Below, one piece after another: positions 50,776 through 61,324 of a stretch of DNA of 64,000 nucleotides (positions are counted from its first letter, which is position 1; every line of letters begins with the position of its first letter). The notes under the pieces were generated by a model. The model had not been told where the DNA came from. It saw nothing but the letters and a program-made list of their open reading frames with translations, and did no database searches. A program made the translations under genes and the position numbers. The stretch is taken from NCBI GenBank assembly GCA_963748015.1, contig CAVVHE010000004.1, positions 32,001 to 96,000 on the forward strand, read 5' to 3'. The stretch is from Terriglobia bacterium. GTDB lineage: Bacteria > Acidobacteriota > Polarisedimenticolia > Polarisedimenticolales > JAIQFR01.

Positions 50776-53136
50776 ATGAGCGATCGCACGGACCGGCTAC
50801 GCCGGGAGAGCCTCGAGGCGGTGCCGTCCATCTCGTCCGAGCGAGCGGAGCGGATCACCGCCTTCTACCGCGAGAACGAGGGGCGCTTCTCGGTGCCCGT
50901 GATGCGCGCTCTGGCCTTTCGCGACCTGTGCGAGCACAAGACGCTCTACCTCGGCGACGGCGAGCTGATCGTGGGCGAGCGCGGGCCGGAGCCCAAGGCG
51001 GTTCCCACCTACCCGGAGCTGACGTGCCACTCGGTGGAGGACCTGGCGATCCTCGACTCGCGCCCCAAGACCCGCTACCGCGTGGATCCCGGGGTGATCG
51101 AGGCCTACGAGCGGCTGGTGATCCCCTACTGGAAGGGGAGGAGCCTCAGGGACCGGATGTTCGAGGAGCTTCCCGCCGAGTGGCGCGAGGCCTACCGGGC
51201 CGGCGTCTTCACCGAGTTCATGGAGCAGCGCGCGCCGGGCCACACGGTGCTCGACGACAAGATCTACTCCCGCGGTCTGCTCGATTTCAAGGAGGACATC
51301 GCGAGGGCGATCGGCGCGCTCGATTTCGAGCGGGACGGAGAGGCGCTCGACCGCCGGGACCAGCTTCGCGCCATGGAGATCGCGTGCGACGCCACCGTCC
51401 GCTTCGCGGAGCGCCACGCGGAGCTGGCCGACCGGCGGGCCTCCGCGGAGGCCGACCCGGTCCGGCGCGCGGAGCTGAGGAAGATCGCGGAGGCTTGCCG
51501 GCGCGTCCCCGCGCGCGCGCCGAGGGATTTCCACGAGGCGCTCCAGTCGTACTGGTTCTGCCACCTCGGGGTGATCACCGAGCTGAACGGCTGGGACGCC
51601 TACTGCCCCGGCCACCTGGACCAGCACCTGGGCCCGTTCTACGCGAGGGGGCTCGCGGACGGGACGCTGACCCGCGAGCGCGCGAAGGAGCTGATCGAAT
51701 GCTTCTTCGTGAAATTCAACAACCACCCCGCCCCCCCGAAGGTCGGGGTCACCGCGGCCGAGAGCGGGACGTACACGGACTTCGCGAACATCAACATCGG
51801 CGGCCTGCTTCGGGACGGATCCGACGGTTCGAACGAGGTGTCCTATCTCCTCCTCGAGGTGATCGAGGAGTTGCACCTCGTGCAGCCGAGCTCGAACGTG
51901 CAGGTCTCCCGCCAGACCCCCGACCCGCTCCTGAAGCGCGCGCTCCGCGTCGTCCGCAAGGGATACGGCTTCCCGTCGCTCTTCAACGCGGACCTCGTCG
52001 TGGAGGAGCAGCTGAGGCAGGGAAAGACGGTCGAGGACGCACGCGCCGGCGGCTGCAGCGGCTGCGTCGAGGTGGGCGCCTTCGGCAAGGAGGCGTACAT
52101 CCTCACCGGGTACTTCAACCTCGCGAAGATTCTCGAGCTCGCCCTCCACGACGGCGTGGACCCGAGGACGGGCGCGCGGCTCGGCCCATCGACGGGGAGC
52201 GTTCGCGATCTCCGCTCGTTCGACGGGCTGTTCGGCGCGTTCGAGGCCCAGCTGCGCCATTTCGTGGACCTCAAGATCCGGGGGAACCAGCTCGTCGAGA
52301 GGATGTACGCCACGCGGATGCCGGCGCCGTTCCTCTCCGTTCTCACCGACGACTGCATCGAGAATGGGCGCGACTACAACGCGGGGGGCGCGCGCTACAA
52401 CAACACGTACATCCAGGCCGTGGGGATCGGCACCGTGACCGACAGCTTCTCCGCCCTGAACACGCTGGTCTACGGGGACGACGGGATCGCGCTGGATCGG
52501 ATGATCGCGGCAATCGACGCGGATTTCCGCGGCGAGGAGCCGCTACGCCAGCGCCTCCTGAACCGCGTGCCCCGCTACGGGAACGACGACGACGCGGCCG
52601 ACGCCCACATGGTCCGGACGTTCGAGGCGCTGTTCCGCGCGATCGACGGGCGACCGAACACCAAGGGAGGACGCTACCGCCTCGAGATGCTCCCCACCAC
52701 CTGCCACGTCTACTTCGGCCAGGTCTGCGGCGCCACGCCGGACGGCCGGAGGGCGGGGGAGCCGCTGTCCGAGGGGATCTCCCCGGTCCAGGGAGCCGAC
52801 CGCACGGGCCCGACGGCGGTCTTCAGGTCCGCGGGGAAGATGGACCAGGTGAAGACCGGCGGCACCCTCCTCAACATGAAGCTGACCCCCGCGCTCGTCG
52901 AGGGGGAGGAAGGGATCGACCGGCTCTCCCACCTCGTCCGCGGTTACTTCCGGATGAACGGCCACCACGTGCAGTTCAACGTGGTGACCGCCGAGACGCT
53001 GAGGGAAGCCCAGGCGCACCCCGAACGGCACCGGGACCTGATCGTCCGCGTCGCCGGGTACAGCGACTACTTCTGCGACCTGTCCGCCGACCTCCAGGAC
53101 GAGATCATCCGCCGGACCGAGCACCGGGCGTTCTGA
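50776..53136 (+). CDS. hypD: Glycyl radical enzyme, probable trans-4-hydroxy-L-proline dehydratase
   Basis: FTEFMEQRAPGHT, ELNGWDA, ESGTYTDFANIN, SGCVE, EAYILTGY, LPTTCHVYFG, VRVAGYS. Confidence 0.85.
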   Translation: MSDRTDRLRRESLEAVPSISSERAERITAFYRENEGRFSVPVMRALAFRDLCEHKTLYLGDGELIVGERGPEPKAVPTYPELTCHSVEDLAILDSRPKTRYRVDPGVIEAYERLVIPYWKGRSLRDRMFEELPAEWREAYRAGVFTEFMEQRAPGHTVLDDKIYSRGLLDFKEDIARAIGALDFERDGEALDRRDQLRAMEIACDATVRFAERHAELADRRASAEADPVRRAELRKIAEACRRVPARAPRDFHEALQSYWFCHLGVITELNGWDAYCPGHLDQHLGPFYARGLADGTLTRERAKELIECFFVKFNNHPAPPKVGVTAAESGTYTDFANINIGGLLRDGSDGSNEVSYLLLEVIEELHLVQPSSNVQVSRQTPDPLLKRALRVVRKGYGFPSLFNADLVVEEQLRQGKTVEDARAGGCSGCVEVGAFGKEAYILTGYFNLAKILELALHDGVDPRTGARLGPSTGSVRDLRSFDGLFGAFEAQLRHFVDLKIRGNQLVERMYATRMPAPFLSVLTDDCIENGRDYNAGGARYNNTYIQAVGIGTVTDSFSALNTLVYGDDGIALDRMIAAIDADFRGEEPLRQRLLNRVPRYGNDDDAADAHMVRTFEALFRAIDGRPNTKGGRYRLEMLPTTCHVYFGQVCGATPDGRRAGEPLSEGISPVQGADRTGPTAVFRSAGKMDQVKTGGTLLNMKLTPALVEGEEGIDRLSHLVRGYFRMNGHHVQFNVVTAETLREAQAHPERHRDLIVRVAGYSDYFCDLSADLQDEIIRRTEHRAF

Positions 53137-53196
53137 TTCTTCCCCGCGCCGGCGGGGGCCGACCGAACCCCGCGAGCGAGCGGGTTTCGTCTCGCC

Positions 53197-54396
53197 TCAG
53201 AAGGCGGTCACGAGGCCGACCGAGAACCTGCTGGCGTCGTGCTCGAGATCGCGCCCTCCCTCGATGACGCAGCGCACGTTGCGCGCGAGCAGGTAGCCCG
53301 CCGTGAGCGAGACGGTCTCGGACCGGGGATCCTCCTCGTCCTCGGCGAGGGGATCGAAGTCCGAGGTCACCTTGTTGTAGAGCGCCGACAGCGCCCACCG
53401 TCCGTCCGGTCCGCCGGGAAACAGGTGCAGCTCCGCGAACCCGCCCCGCGTCCGGTAAGAGGGGCCGTTCCCCCCCTCGAAGCGCGGGTCGTCATCGCGT
53501 CGCTCGAGGTACTCCGCCGAGAACTGCCAGTGGGGCCCGAGGTCGAGCACGAGATCCGGCCCGAAGTAGGTGGTGCGGTTGGTGGGACCCGTTCCCTCGG
53601 CGTCCGGGCCGCGCTCGCGCCCCCAGTAGCCGAAGAGGCCGACGCGAGCCTTTCCGAACGGCCGCACGATCCGGATCGCCAAGTTCTTGTAGTTGTCCTT
53701 GTCGAACTGCCCGTCGGTGGCGGCGTCGATGCCGTTCCCGTTGACCACCTGGAGGATCGCGTCCACTTTCCCGGGCGCGTGCCAGGCACCGATGACGCCG
53801 CGGTCGTACGTCAGATCGACTCCGACCTTTCCCACATGGGACTTGAAGATGTCGTAGTCGAACCGCTCGAGGCGCAGCTCGCGCTTGAACATCGGGTCGC
53901 AGACCTGGAATTGCCCCACGGTCAGGTCCACGGGCAGCTTGAACACCGAGTTGAACTGGACCCAGGCGTCCTCGAGCCCGATCACCTCCTGCTGCTCGGC
54001 GAGGAAGTACAGGTAGTACGAGATCTTGTCGGTGATGGGCCCGCCCGAGAGGATCTTGAAGACCCACGGCCATTCGGCGTCCGTCTCCGCGACCTGGTCC
54101 TGCTTCCACGAGCCGTATCCCTCGAGCCGGATCGCCAGCGGAAGGTCCCGCGGCAGCTTCAGCATCGGGTCACCCACGTCGTAAGTAGCCCGCGCGGGCT
54201 CCTTGGACGGGTCATCCATCCGGAAACCGCGCGCCGCGAACTCCTCGCCGTAGGGCTTGAGGCGCGGGAACGGGGCATGGCAGGTCGAACAGGAGAGCTG
54301 GTATTTCCTGGCGAACGCGGGGATCGCCTCCGCCCGGGTCCAGGCGAAGGCGGCGGCGGCGAGGAGACAGAGGGCGAGAGGGCGAAATCGGCTCAT
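53197..54396 (-). CDS. Outer-membrane beta-barrel (porin-like) with N-terminal CxxCH
   Basis: Signal peptide, IPAFARKYQLSCSTCH, amphipathic beta-strand pattern, C-terminal Phe. Confidence 0.8.
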   Translation of the reverse strand: MSRFRPLALCLLAAAAFAWTRAEAIPAFARKYQLSCSTCHAPFPRLKPYGEEFAARGFRMDDPSKEPARATYDVGDPMLKLPRDLPLAIRLEGYGSWKQDQVAETDAEWPWVFKILSGGPITDKISYYLYFLAEQQEVIGLEDAWVQFNSVFKLPVDLTVGQFQVCDPMFKRELRLERFDYDIFKSHVGKVGVDLTYDRGVIGAWHAPGKVDAILQVVNGNGIDAATDGQFDKDNYKNLAIRIVRPFGKARVGLFGYWGRERGPDAEGTGPTNRTTYFGPDLVLDLGPHWQFSAEYLERRDDDPRFEGGNGPSYRTRGGFAELHLFPGGPDGRWALSALYNKVTSDFDPLAEDEEDPRSETVSLTAGYLLARNVRCVIEGGRDLEHDASRFSVGLVTAF

Positions 54397-54407
54397 GGGC
54401 TTTCCTG

Positions 54408-55769
54408 TCACTGCGCCACGTCGAAGGTGGTCGCGTGCGTGTTGATCAGGACCGGCAAGGACTCCTCGCGGGGCACCTTCATGTACTCGGCGACGGAGGA
54501 GACCAGGCGGGAGTAGTACATCCGGGCGGTCACGGTGACCGCGCCCGGCGCCACGTCCTGCGGGAGCTTCCAGGTGTAGGTCTCCGCCACCGCCGCCAGC
54601 GGTGCGAGCCGGTAGTCGGTCGGGCCAAAGCTCGCCGTGTTCCACTGGGCGATGGTCATGCGCCCCTTCGAGTCGAGGTACGGGAGCCGGAAGATCCGGT
54701 CCCCGTCGGGCACCTCGCCGTCGCGCTGGAGTCCCTTGAAGTCCGCGATCCCCTTGATGTCGCCGATGTCCTGATAGGCGAAGGACGAGTCCGACGCGAT
54801 GGTGTACTCCTCGCCCGGGAACCCCTTCTTGTCCACGGCAAGGTGCCAGGTCTTGCCCTTCGAGTCCTTCGCCTCGACGTGGAGCCAGAGCACCCGCTCC
54901 TCGGCGGATCCGGTCGGGATCTTGTGGCCGGCCTTGGCGTTGACGACGACCGCGGACAACTTCACCGTGTCGCCGGGCTCGACGTCGCGGGACTCCGGGT
55001 GGATCCGAACCTCGGCGACGCCGGCGAGCTTCCCGGGATCGTGGGCGCCGTGGAAGAGGTGCTGCCTGGCATCGGGGAGCGGCGAGCCCATGATCGCGGA
55101 CCTGCCCGCGGCGGGCGGCATGTGGCAGTCCTGGCAGACGATGCCGGCCTTTCCGTGCGGCCCTTCCTTCCACTCGAGGTGCGTCGACTTGACCCACAGT
55201 CCCCACGGGTTCTTCTCGTTGTGGCACGTGCCGCAGAACTCCGCGCTCCGCAGGAACGGGTTCTCGCGGGTCTCGTGATGGGGGCTGACGGCGCCCTTTC
55301 GCGGGCCCTGCTTGACCTTCCCCGGCGAGCTGATCCAGTTGAAGTTGAACGGAACCTCCCCCTCGAATCCCGTGATCGTGTGGCAGACGTCGCACGACAC
55401 CGACTCGTTCGCGCGGCTCTTCTCCGCGACCCGCTTCGGCGGGATCTCCCCGGCGAGGAACGCCAGCGGCGCGTGGCAGCCGTTGCACCCTGCCTTGACG
55501 CCGGCGACCTTCGGCTCCTTCATCGCGTGCGGCACGGCTAGCTCGAAGTACTCGATCTCGTCCCAGGGATGGGTGAACGCCTGGGACATCATCGCCTGCT
55601 CGTGCTGTCGCGCGATGTCCACGTGGCAGGTGGCGCACGCGGCCGGGCTTTCGTACTTCTCGTACGGCTGCGTGCCCAGCGCGGCGTCGCCGGCCTTCGG
55701 CGGGGTCGCTTCCGCGAGCGCGAGCGAGGCGACGAACGGGAGCGCGAGCGCCAGGATGCGACGCGACAT
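54408..55769 (-). CDS. Periplasmic pentaheme c-type cytochrome
   Basis: Signal peptide; CATCH, CNGCH, CDVCH, CGTCH, CQDCH; AGHKIPTG; RBS AGGAGG. Confidence 0.92.
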   Translation of the reverse strand: MSRRILALALPFVASLALAEATPPKAGDAALGTQPYEKYESPAACATCHVDIARQHEQAMMSQAFTHPWDEIEYFELAVPHAMKEPKVAGVKAGCNGCHAPLAFLAGEIPPKRVAEKSRANESVSCDVCHTITGFEGEVPFNFNWISSPGKVKQGPRKGAVSPHHETRENPFLRSAEFCGTCHNEKNPWGLWVKSTHLEWKEGPHGKAGIVCQDCHMPPAAGRSAIMGSPLPDARQHLFHGAHDPGKLAGVAEVRIHPESRDVEPGDTVKLSAVVVNAKAGHKIPTGSAEERVLWLHVEAKDSKGKTWHLAVDKKGFPGEEYTIASDSSFAYQDIGDIKGIADFKGLQRDGEVPDGDRIFRLPYLDSKGRMTIAQWNTASFGPTDYRLAPLAAVAETYTWKLPQDVAPGAVTVTARMYYSRLVSSVAEYMKVPREESLPVLINTHATTFDVAQ

Positions 55770-55986
55770 GGTTCTCCTCCTGATCGACGGCAGCGAATGG
55801 GAAAAAGCGTATCACGGAAGGGCGCGATCCGAGCCGGATGGTCACGGGGGCGTCGCGGGCTCCGAAGCGTAACGCATCGTCTGCGGAAACCGCCCAGCGA
55901 CGCGCCCCTGCCCGGAAGTCTAGCAGAGCAAGATCGGAGAAATCGGACCGCATAGGTCCGGTGGCGATTCGACCCCTTGCGGTTCG

Positions 55987-57411
55987 CTACTGCGAGGAGG
56001 TCTCCGACCGGGCGCGGCGCGCGATCGCCTCGAGGGCGGCATCGGCGATGCGGGGCGCCTCGTCCACGCAGGCGTTCACCGAGATCCCGCGGTAGGAGTT
56101 GCCGCAGGCGAGGAGTCCGGGGTGCGCTTCGAGACGGCGCGCGATCGTCTCGAGGCGCTCCATGTGCCCCAGCGTGTACTGCGGGATGCCGCGGGGCTGC
56201 CGGAAGATCCGCACGAAGCGGGGCTCGGCCTCGATGCCCATCGCCGCGCGAAGATCGTTCCGCACGATCTCGACGAGGAGCTCGTCGTCGAGGCGCACCG
56301 CGTCGGGGTCGTGCGCCCCGCCGATCATGGACGTGACGAGCACCTTGCCGCCCGGGGCGCGCCCCGGGAAAATGCTCGACGACCACAGCGTTCCGAGGAT
56401 GCGGGGGCCCTCGCCGCGCGGGATCAGGAATCCGAAGCCGTGCGGGCGCTTCGCCAGGTCGCTTTCGTCGAAGCCGAGGTGAACGACCGCGAGCGACGCC
56501 GACGGGATGCCGGCCAGAGCGCCGGAGAGCTCCACGTCGAGCCCCGACACGATCTCCGAGGCGAACCAGGCGGGACAAGCCAGCACCACCGCGTCGGCGT
56601 CGATCGGCTCGCTCTCGGCGACGAACACCCTGTAGCCCCGGGGGCCGGCCTCCGCGACGCGAACGGCCTTCGACCGCAGGCGAAGCGCCGGCCCCGCCGC
56701 GCGCGCGAGCGCCGTGATCAGCTCTTCAAGCCCGTCGCGGAAGGAGGTCAGCGTTCCCCCCGGCCCCGACGGGCCGCCGGACTTCGCCGCGGCGCCCTTC
56801 TGCTTCTTCCGGGCCAGCATCGCGCGGACGAGACCGCCGTGTTCCGTCTCCATGCGCCACATCTTCGGGAAGGTCGCGGGGAGCGAGAGGGAGCGGACGT
56901 CGCCGGCGTAGATTCCGCTGACCATCGCGTCCACGAGAACCCGCGCGGCCTCGTCCCCGATGCGCCGCGCCACGAAGTCGAACACCGACTCCTCGGACGG
57001 GTCGCGCCGCTGGCCCACGAACGGCTCGCCGAGGACGCGGATCCTGCCGGGCACCGAGAGGATGTCGGACGTCAGGAACGACACCGCGCCCGAGGGGAGC
57101 TTGCGCAGCCGGCCGCCGCGGTAGATGAACCGGATCGCCGCGGACTGGTCCGAGGGAAGCAGGCGGTCCTCGATGCCGAGACGGCGCACGAGCTCGAGCG
57201 TCGCGGGGACGTTGTCGAGGAAGCCGTTCGGCCCCCACTCGCAGGTGAAGCCGTCGACGCGATCCGACCGGATGTTGCCGCCGGGGCGGCTCTCCCCCTC
57301 GAGGCAGACGACCTCGATCCCGCCCGGCACGCGGCGGCTTCGCTCCTCGAGCTCGAAAGCGACGGTCAGTCCCGCGACCCCGCCGCCGACGACCGCCACC
57401 GTGTAAGGCAT
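55987..57411 (-). CDS. hemG: Protoporphyrinogen/coproporphyrinogen oxidase (HemY/HemG FAD type)
   Basis: [39 protein letters not shown]. Confidence 0.93.
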   Translation of the reverse strand: MPYTVAVVGGGVAGLTVAFELEERSRRVPGGIEVVCLEGESRPGGNIRSDRVDGFTCEWGPNGFLDNVPATLELVRRLGIEDRLLPSDQSAAIRFIYRGGRLRKLPSGAVSFLTSDILSVPGRIRVLGEPFVGQRRDPSEESVFDFVARRIGDEAARVLVDAMVSGIYAGDVRSLSLPATFPKMWRMETEHGGLVRAMLARKKQKGAAAKSGGPSGPGGTLTSFRDGLEELITALARAAGPALRLRSKAVRVAEAGPRGYRVFVAESEPIDADAVVLACPAWFASEIVSGLDVELSGALAGIPSASLAVVHLGFDESDLAKRPHGFGFLIPRGEGPRILGTLWSSSIFPGRAPGGKVLVTSMIGGAHDPDAVRLDDELLVEIVRNDLRAAMGIEAEPRFVRIFRQPRGIPQYTLGHMERLETIARRLEAHPGLLACGNSYRGISVNACVDEAPRIADAALEAIARRARSETSSQ

Positions 57412-57542
57412 TCCGTCTCCTCGCGTGGGGAAGCAGGATATCGGGAGGCCGGGGTGGGCCGCAACGGAAAGCCGCAGCGCGTGACGCGGCTCCACGACCG
57501 GTGCTAACCTCGCCCGAGGTTTCTCGAAAGAAGGTGGCGAGG

Positions 57543-58502
57543 ATGAAACGGCGATTCAGGGACCTTTCGTCCGGAGAAGTGCTCGCGCTCGCGATCTCGC
57601 TGGAGGAAGAGGACGCCCGGATATTCCAGGAGTTCGCGCGGGTCCTCCGCCCGAACTTTCCGAAGGCGGCGGCCGCGCTCGACACGTTGCGGGAAGAGGA
57701 GGACGCCCACCGGCACCGCCTGATCGAGCTGTACCGCAGCCGGTTCGGCGAGGAGATCCCGCTGGTGCGCGCGCAGGACGTGAAGGGGTTCATCCGGCGC
57801 GACCCGATCGCGACGCTCAGGGAGCCGGGGGTCGAGGAGATCCGCCGCCGCGTGGCCCTGATGGAGCTCGAGACCGCGCGGTTCTACGCCAGGGCGGCCG
57901 AGCAGTCGAAGGACGCCGAGATGCGCCAGCTCCTCGGCGACCTCGCCGCGGAGGAGCGGCGGCACGAGGCGGAGTCGGCGGATTTCCACCCGAGCCGGCG
58001 CAGCAAGTCCGAGAGCGAGGAGGAGACGCGAACGTCGCGTCAGTTGTTCGTCCTCCAGGTCGTCCAGCCTGGACTGGCGGGGCTCATGGACGGGTCGGTT
58101 TCGACCCTGGCACCGCTGTTCGCCGCCGCCTTCGCGACCCAGAAGAGCTGGGACGCGTTTCTCGTCGGGATGGCCGCTGCGGTGGGCGCCGGGATCAGCA
58201 TGGGGTTCGCCGAGGCCCTCTCGGACGACGGCTCGCTGACCGGGCGCGGACGCCCATGGATGCGCGGGCTCATCTGCGGCCTGATGACATTCGTCGGCGG
58301 CCTCGGGCACGCCCTCCCGTACCTGATTCCCGCCTTCTGGCTGGCGACGACCATCGCATCCGCGATCGTCGTCGTCGAGCTGTTCGCGATCGCCTGGATC
58401 CGCAACCGCTACATGGACACGCCCTTCCTCCAGGCCGCCTTCCAGGTCGTCGTCGGCGGAGTCCTCGTCTTCGTCGCCGGCATGCTTATCGGATCGGCGT
58501 AA
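57543..58502 (+). CDS. mbfA: Rubrerythrin-VIT1/CCC1 fusion iron exporter
   Basis: [45 protein letters not shown]. Confidence 0.92.
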   Translation: MKRRFRDLSSGEVLALAISLEEEDARIFQEFARVLRPNFPKAAAALDTLREEEDAHRHRLIELYRSRFGEEIPLVRAQDVKGFIRRDPIATLREPGVEEIRRRVALMELETARFYARAAEQSKDAEMRQLLGDLAAEERRHEAESADFHPSRRSKSESEEETRTSRQLFVLQVVQPGLAGLMDGSVSTLAPLFAAAFATQKSWDAFLVGMAAAVGAGISMGFAEALSDDGSLTGRGRPWMRGLICGLMTFVGGLGHALPYLIPAFWLATTIASAIVVVELFAIAWIRNRYMDTPFLQAAFQVVVGGVLVFVAGMLIGSA

Positions 58503-58543
58503 CGCCCCGCTGCGATTCCGAATCGCGATGCTGGCCCTACCAC

Positions 58544-58735
58544 CGCGACTCTCGCCGGTCGGGACCTGCGCGGCGACGATGCCCGAGGCGACGGGGACCC
58601 CTGCACGGCCGCGCGAAGGGTCGAGCGCGATGGCGCTAGGGTCTGCGCCATCGCGTTTGCTCGACCCTTTGCGCGGCCGATGCGGGTCGTCGCCGAGGGA
58701 GGTCGCCGCGCAGGTCCCGACCGGCGAGAGTCGCG
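58544..58735 (-). repeat. Hairpin repeat family A, copy 4 (reverse orientation)
   Basis: Reverse-complement core with perfect 34-bp arms (58544-58577/58702-58735). Confidence 0.92.
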
Positions 58736-58777
58736 TCCCCGCAAGAACCACACGCGGTTCGCGCCGTCGGCCGGAAC

Positions 58778-60178
58778 TCAGACGGTGCGCGAGAAGACGG
58801 GCTTGTCGGACTTCTTCGTGCGGAGGTAGCGGTCGAAGGCCATGGCGATGTTGCGGACGAAGAGGCGGCCGAGGCCCACGACCTCGAGGTGGTCGGGGTG
58901 GATCTCGAGGAAGCCGTGGCTGACCGGGCCGTCGGGGGCGGCGAGCTCGGCGAGCTCGGTCGCGAAGTAGGTCGCGAAGTCGATCCCGAACGAGCGCTCG
59001 ACCTCGGCGCGGTCGAGGTAGAAGTTGCACATGATCCGGGTGATCACGTCGCGGCGGATCAGGTCGTCGCGGTCGAGACGGTAGCCGCGCTCGACCGGGA
59101 ACTTGCCCGCGTCGATGGCCTCGTAGTACGTCGAGAGCTTCTTCACGTTCTGGGCGAAGGCGCCGCGGACGTCTCCGATCGACGACACGCCGGCGCCGAT
59201 CATGTCGCTCCCCATCCTGACGGTGTAGCCCATGAAGTTCCGGAAGAGGCGCCGGTTTCTCACCGCCGTTGCCAGCTCGTCGTCGGGAAGGGCGAAGTGG
59301 TCCATGCCGATCTGGACGTATCCCGCCGACAGGAAGCGCTCCCTCGCGATGCAGAACAGGCGGAGCTTGGCCTCGGGGCCGGGGAGCTGCGAGACGTCGA
59401 TCAGCTTCTGGTTCGCCTTGATCCACGGGACGTACGCGTAGGAGTAGACGGCGACCCGGTCCGGCCGCATCCCGAGGATCACGTCCATGTTCCGGTCGAA
59501 CGCCTCCGGGGTCTGGAGGGGGAGGCCGTAGATCAGGTCGATGTTGATCGAGTGGAAACCGAGCTTGCGGCAGTAGTCGTAGTGGTCTCGGGTCTCCCGC
59601 TCGGTCTGGTTCCGGTTGATCGCCTCCTGCACCGCCGGGGTGAAGTCCTGGACCCCCATCGAGATCCGGTTGAACCCCAGCGTCTTGAGGAGGTCCATCT
59701 GCTCGTGGGTCGAGACGCGCGGGTCGGTCTCGATCGCGACCTCCGCGTCGGGATCGATGCGGAAGTGGTCGACCACCTTCCGCTGCAGCGCTTCCATCTC
59801 GGCCGGGCTGAGGTAGGTCGGCGTGCCGCCGCCCCAGTGGTACTGGGAGAGGCGGCGCCGCGCCGGGAGGTGCGCGGCGACCGCGTCGAGCTCGCGGTGG
59901 AGATACTCGAGGTAGCGCGCGGCGACCTCGTGCTTGCGCGTGATCACCACGTTGCAGCCGCAGAACGAGCAGCGCTCCTCGCAGAAGGGGAGATGGAGGT
60001 AGAGCGAGAGCGGCTCGTCCGCTGCGGCGTTCGCGGCGGCGAGGCTGGCGCGGTAGTCGGTTTCGCCGTAGCTCTCGTTGAACTCCACCGCGGTCGGGTA
60101 CGACGTGTATCTCGGGCCGGGGCGGTCGTACTTCTTCAGCAGCTCGAGGGTGACCTCGGCTCGCGCTTCCCCGCTCAT
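58778..60178 (-). CDS. hemN: Oxygen-independent coproporphyrinogen III oxidase
   Basis: GPRYTSYPTA, YLHLPFCEERCSFCGC, WGGGTP, IGMDHFA, RNFMGY. Confidence 0.96.
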   Translation of the reverse strand: MSGEARAEVTLELLKKYDRPGPRYTSYPTAVEFNESYGETDYRASLAAANAAADEPLSLYLHLPFCEERCSFCGCNVVITRKHEVAARYLEYLHRELDAVAAHLPARRRLSQYHWGGGTPTYLSPAEMEALQRKVVDHFRIDPDAEVAIETDPRVSTHEQMDLLKTLGFNRISMGVQDFTPAVQEAINRNQTERETRDHYDYCRKLGFHSINIDLIYGLPLQTPEAFDRNMDVILGMRPDRVAVYSYAYVPWIKANQKLIDVSQLPGPEAKLRLFCIARERFLSAGYVQIGMDHFALPDDELATAVRNRRLFRNFMGYTVRMGSDMIGAGVSSIGDVRGAFAQNVKKLSTYYEAIDAGKFPVERGYRLDRDDLIRRDVITRIMCNFYLDRAEVERSFGIDFATYFATELAELAAPDGPVSHGFLEIHPDHLEVVGLGRLFVRNIAMAFDRYLRTKKSDKPVFSRTV

Positions 60179-61209
60179 CGCTTCCGCTCGGGCACCGCGG
60201 CGCCGCGGACCGCCTCGACGAGGGCCCGGGCGTGCTCGACCGGGGTCTCCGGCAGGATCCCGTGGCCGAGGTTGAACACGTGCCCGGGAGCGTGCGCACC
60301 CTCGGCGACGATCCGCCGCGCGCGCTCCGCGATCGTCGCGGGAGACGCAAGGAGCACGCAGGGGTCGAGGTTCCCCTGGAGCGCGAAAGCGGGGCCCAGG
60401 CGCCGCGCCCCCTCGGCGAGGGGGGTGCGCCAGTCGAGGCCGAGCACGTCGGCGCCGCACTCGCGGATCTCGTCGAGCAGGTGGCCCGCATCGAGGGCGA
60501 AGTAGATGCGCGGGACGCCGCAGTCCTTCAGGGAATCGAGGACGCGCCTCGCGTATCGCAGCGCGAACTCGCGGTAGTCGGCCGGTCCGAGGAGCCCCGC
60601 CCAGGTGTCGAAGACCTGGATCGCCTGGGCCCCGGCCCGCACCTGGGCCGCCAGATAGCTCTCCAGCGTGGCCGTGCATTTCTCGAGCAGGCGATGCGCG
60701 GTGGCCGGGTCGCCGTAGATCATTCGCTTGAGGTGCTCGAAGTTCTTCGACCCTCGCCCTTCGACCAGGTACGCCGCGAGGGTGAAGGGGGCGGCGCCGA
60801 AGCCGATGAGCGGTACGCGGCCGTCGAGCTCGCGCCTCAGGATCCGGATCGTCTCGAAGACGAACGGGACCGTCTCCTCGGGATCGGGTACCCGGATGCG
60901 GTCCACGTCGGCCGAGCTGCGCACCGGCGGGTCGAGAACCGGGCCGGGGTTGAACGTGATCGAGACCCCCATCGGCTCCGCCGGCACCAGGATGTCGGAG
61001 AAGAGGATCGCCGCGTCCACGCCGAGGCGGTCGATCGGCTGGATCGTGACCTCGGCGGCCAGCTCCGGGGTCTTGCAGAGGGTGACGAAATCGGTGCGGC
61101 CGCGGATCGCCCGGTACTCGGGCAGGTACCGTCCCGCCTGCCGCATCATCCAGATCGGCGTCCGCTCCACCGGCTGCCGGCGGCAGGCCCTGAGGAAGAG
61201 ATCGTTCAC
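60175..61209 (-). CDS. hemE: Uroporphyrinogen decarboxylase
   Basis: PIWMMRQAGRYLPEY, DAAILFSDIL, QGNLDP, FNLGHGILP. Confidence 0.96.
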   Translation of the reverse strand: MNDLFLRACRRQPVERTPIWMMRQAGRYLPEYRAIRGRTDFVTLCKTPELAAEVTIQPIDRLGVDAAILFSDILVPAEPMGVSITFNPGPVLDPPVRSSADVDRIRVPDPEETVPFVFETIRILRRELDGRVPLIGFGAAPFTLAAYLVEGRGSKNFEHLKRMIYGDPATAHRLLEKCTATLESYLAAQVRAGAQAIQVFDTWAGLLGPADYREFALRYARRVLDSLKDCGVPRIYFALDAGHLLDEIRECGADVLGLDWRTPLAEGARRLGPAFALQGNLDPCVLLASPATIAERARRIVAEGAHAPGHVFNLGHGILPETPVEHARALVEAVRGAAVPERKR

Positions 61210-61324
61210 CGCGCGCGCTCCTCTCGCCTGAGGCCTCGCCGCTCGTTCCGCCGCGGGATTCGGACGATTCGGCCCCTTTGCGGGGACAACGCTAGCGGAC
61301 GGGGGGCCGGACCGCAACCGGCGG

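Noticed and set aside
50776..53136. Pyruvate formate-lyase call
   Set aside because: It has a single active-site Cys in SGCVE rather than the PFL CC pair, and its motifs match HypD.
54408..54410. Selenocysteine readthrough of the cytochrome TGA into the porin
   Set aside because: The porin ATG is in a different frame and has its own signal peptide, and the cytochrome has no internal TGA.
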